A model generated the notes under the pieces. It did not search any database, was not told the origin of the DNA, and saw only the letters and a list, made by a program, of their open reading frames with translations. Positions 62,159-64,000 of a DNA stretch of 64,000 bases are shown in pieces (the first letter of the stretch is position 1; each line of letters begins with the position of its first letter). Made by a program: the position numbers and the translations under genes. Location of the stretch: NCBI GenBank assembly GCA_963833125.1, contig CAWHWX010000012.1, forward strand, positions 97,572 to 161,571. The letters are read 5' to 3'. This DNA is from Candidatus Bathyarchaeota archaeon. Its GTDB lineage: Archaea; Thermoproteota; Bathyarchaeia; 40CM-2-53-6.

Positions 62159-62347
62159 TCAGATCGGCTTGCCTTTCGATATGGCCACTAGCAGCCTGCC
62201 CAACCTCTTGTGTCCAGCGGACATGTAATGCTTAGCCCACCAATCAGCCACAACTTTCACTTGCTCTGCCGGTAGTTTCTTCAATTCCTCTGCTGCAACA
62301 GCAGCGGCTTCATCAAACGAATTCTTCTCTCCTACTGCACTTGCCAT
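62159..62347 (-). CDS. Small conserved hypothetical protein
   Basis: WWAKHYMSAGHKRLGRLL motif. Confidence 0.65.
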   Translation of the reverse strand: MASAVGEKNSFDEAAAVAAEELKKLPAEQVKVVADWWAKHYMSAGHKRLGRLLVAISKGKPI

Positions 62348-62458
62348 GTATTCTCATCAGCACCAAATCGGTTAGACCGCACATTCACCTACCGACTATC
62401 TATATTCTCTGTTGTGGGACCAGCCGACCCATACACGGAGAGATAGCGGAAGAAAATC

Positions 62459-62704
62459 CTACTCTATGACAATCGCCGTGAGGGTGGAGCGGACACCTTC
62501 AAGTCTTCTTATCTTCCAGGTGACGATTTCCTTCAGCGCATCCATTGAATCAGCTTCGACTTGTGCAATCATGTCATAGACTCCGTAAACTCGGTGGCTA
62601 TTCTTCACATTTGGAACCTTACGTACTTCATTCAGCACCTTCTCTTCCGAGCCCGGATCCACGTTCAAAAGAACATAACAGAGTGGCATAGCAGACCCTA
62701 TCAT
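62459..62704 (-). CDS. Stand-alone Lrp/AsnC ligand-binding (RAM) domain protein
   Basis: YVLLNVDPG...VYGVYDMIA...IRRLEGVRSTLT. Confidence 0.9.
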   Translation of the reverse strand: MIGSAMPLCYVLLNVDPGSEEKVLNEVRKVPNVKNSHRVYGVYDMIAQVEADSMDALKEIVTWKIRRLEGVRSTLTAIVIE

Positions 62705-62916
62705 GGTTTCTAGGGTACCTAAGTAAGAGCCTTTTCCCTGAAATGTTGTGTGGTTCCAAGTATAATCACGAAACGTGCCTCAAGAGCGGCCAAAACAGAC
62801 TCCGATTGTGTCGTTCTTAAGAGGAATACAGGGGCTTTATTACGGATGGAACCCTATTATGTCATAGTTGAACAATCATAGCCGCATCACAATACTTGCC
62901 GGGAGGGAGAGGGCAC

Positions 62917-63533
62917 ATGCAAGACAGGGATCTAAGTTACCTGATTCAATTCGCAAGGAAACATAACCTAACCGCAGTTGATCTTCATGCTTCATTGCTC
63001 GCTACCCGGAAGAGGGGCAATGCGCTGTGCGGAACGGTTCGAATCGAAATTCGCTCTCGCGGAGAGCAATCCTCCACCTACATGTTCTCAATTAAAGGAA
63101 CACCATTAGCACAAGCGACCCTTCACAATGATTCCATCAGGAAGCTCGAAAAGCTCCCAGAAGGTTTTCTTCAAGCTAACGAACCCCGAAGTGCAAAGAA
63201 GTTAGACGCGAACACGGTAAGCTCGATTGGTAATCTACGACTTGGATTGAGCGGCGTCTCCTTCAAAGCTAGCGTGATCAAGAAATCTCAAGTTAGGGCT
63301 GTGACCTCGAAGGACGGAAACCCACTATTGGTCTGTGATGTAACGCTATCCGATGGGACGGGAGAGATTCCGTTGGCCATATGGAATAACCAAATCGACA
63401 CGGTATCTCAGGGTGATATGGTACAGATTCAGAACCGAGAGTGAGAAGCTACAGGGGTGAAATCCAACTTACTCTGGGCAGAAAGACCGGCCTTCTGACG
63501 GTACTCGAACACCCAATCGAAATCGCCGCCTAG
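62917..63533 (+). CDS. OB-fold ssDNA-binding (SSB/RPA-like) protein with N-terminal extension (frameshift ~63437)
   Basis: IGNLRLG...LSDGTGEIPLAIWN...GDMVQI, then RVRSYRGEIQLTLGR in a shifted frame. Confidence 0.8.
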
Positions 63534-64000
63534 CAGTTCAACTCCTGTTTATCCATGGGTTGCCATGTTCGGCGTGCTTGAATCAAGGCTTTAACGAGAT
63601 CTGCTTACCCACGCCCGCCGTTAGCTACTATGCCCTTCATGATGCTTTTCACCCTCATAGACCATAAAGGATGGAGGAGTGAAACGGCTTCACAATAATT
63701 AAGCAGCTTGATCTGAAGTCTCGTGTCATGCAGAAAACAATCTTCTGAATGTCTCGTGGAACCCAAGCGGGCTGCCTAGGTTTCATTTCTCGAAGCGTAC
63801 AGGCAAAGGGGTGTAGCGGCCATTCCTCGTACTGGGCCGTTACTGAAGATCCGCGAGAAGAATAGAAACTTAACATCTCGAGCGCGCAAATCTAAAAGGT
63901 AGTAGCAATGAGTGGTGTCAGGACGGTAACGGCCTGGCCAAGGTTAGCCAGGCACATCGAGTTCAGATAATCTTGTGAGCATGTGAGGGCGGAGAAGTTC

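Noticed and set aside
63655-64000. Short minus-strand ORF at the window end
   Set aside because: No recognisable motif, and the alternative frames checked have stops.

Overview
This is archaeal chromosomal DNA, most consistent with a TACK lineage such as Bathyarchaeia. That assignment is an inference from BHB-intron tRNAs, the LysW pathway, TATA promoters, PEF-CTERM proteins and DUF3227/KaiC-like/SSB paralogs. Core content includes rpiA, pgk, an argG-lysWXYZJK-argH operon with a divergent Lrp regulator, and an A1-type aa3 cytochrome c oxidase cluster with split subunit II, half-size CtaA and CtaG-like protein. It also holds copA with a YHS chaperone, tldD/pmbA, aminotransferases, an acyl-CoA dehydrogenase/CoA-transferase pair, an SQR-like oxidoreductase and many secreted proteins. 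Non-coding highlights read from the sequence are: (1) three tRNAs (Met-CAT, Thr-TGT, Pro-TGG) carrying five introns, four at non-canonical positions; (2) a tRNA-Thr-adjacent array of three PEF-CTERM genes, each followed by a conserved palindromic element, with a fourth copy just after the tRNA; (3) a BlaI/BlaR-like module with two matching ACTAC-N5-(G/A)TAGT operators linking it to a convergent ABC exporter; (4) two copies of a ~185-bp MITE with 22-bp TIRs and distinct 8-bp TSDs; and (5) a duplicated tRNA-Met 3' end bounding a 1.5-kb islet. About 20 genes carry single-base frameshifts, most likely long-read consensus errors, so many boundaries are reconstructed by eye.
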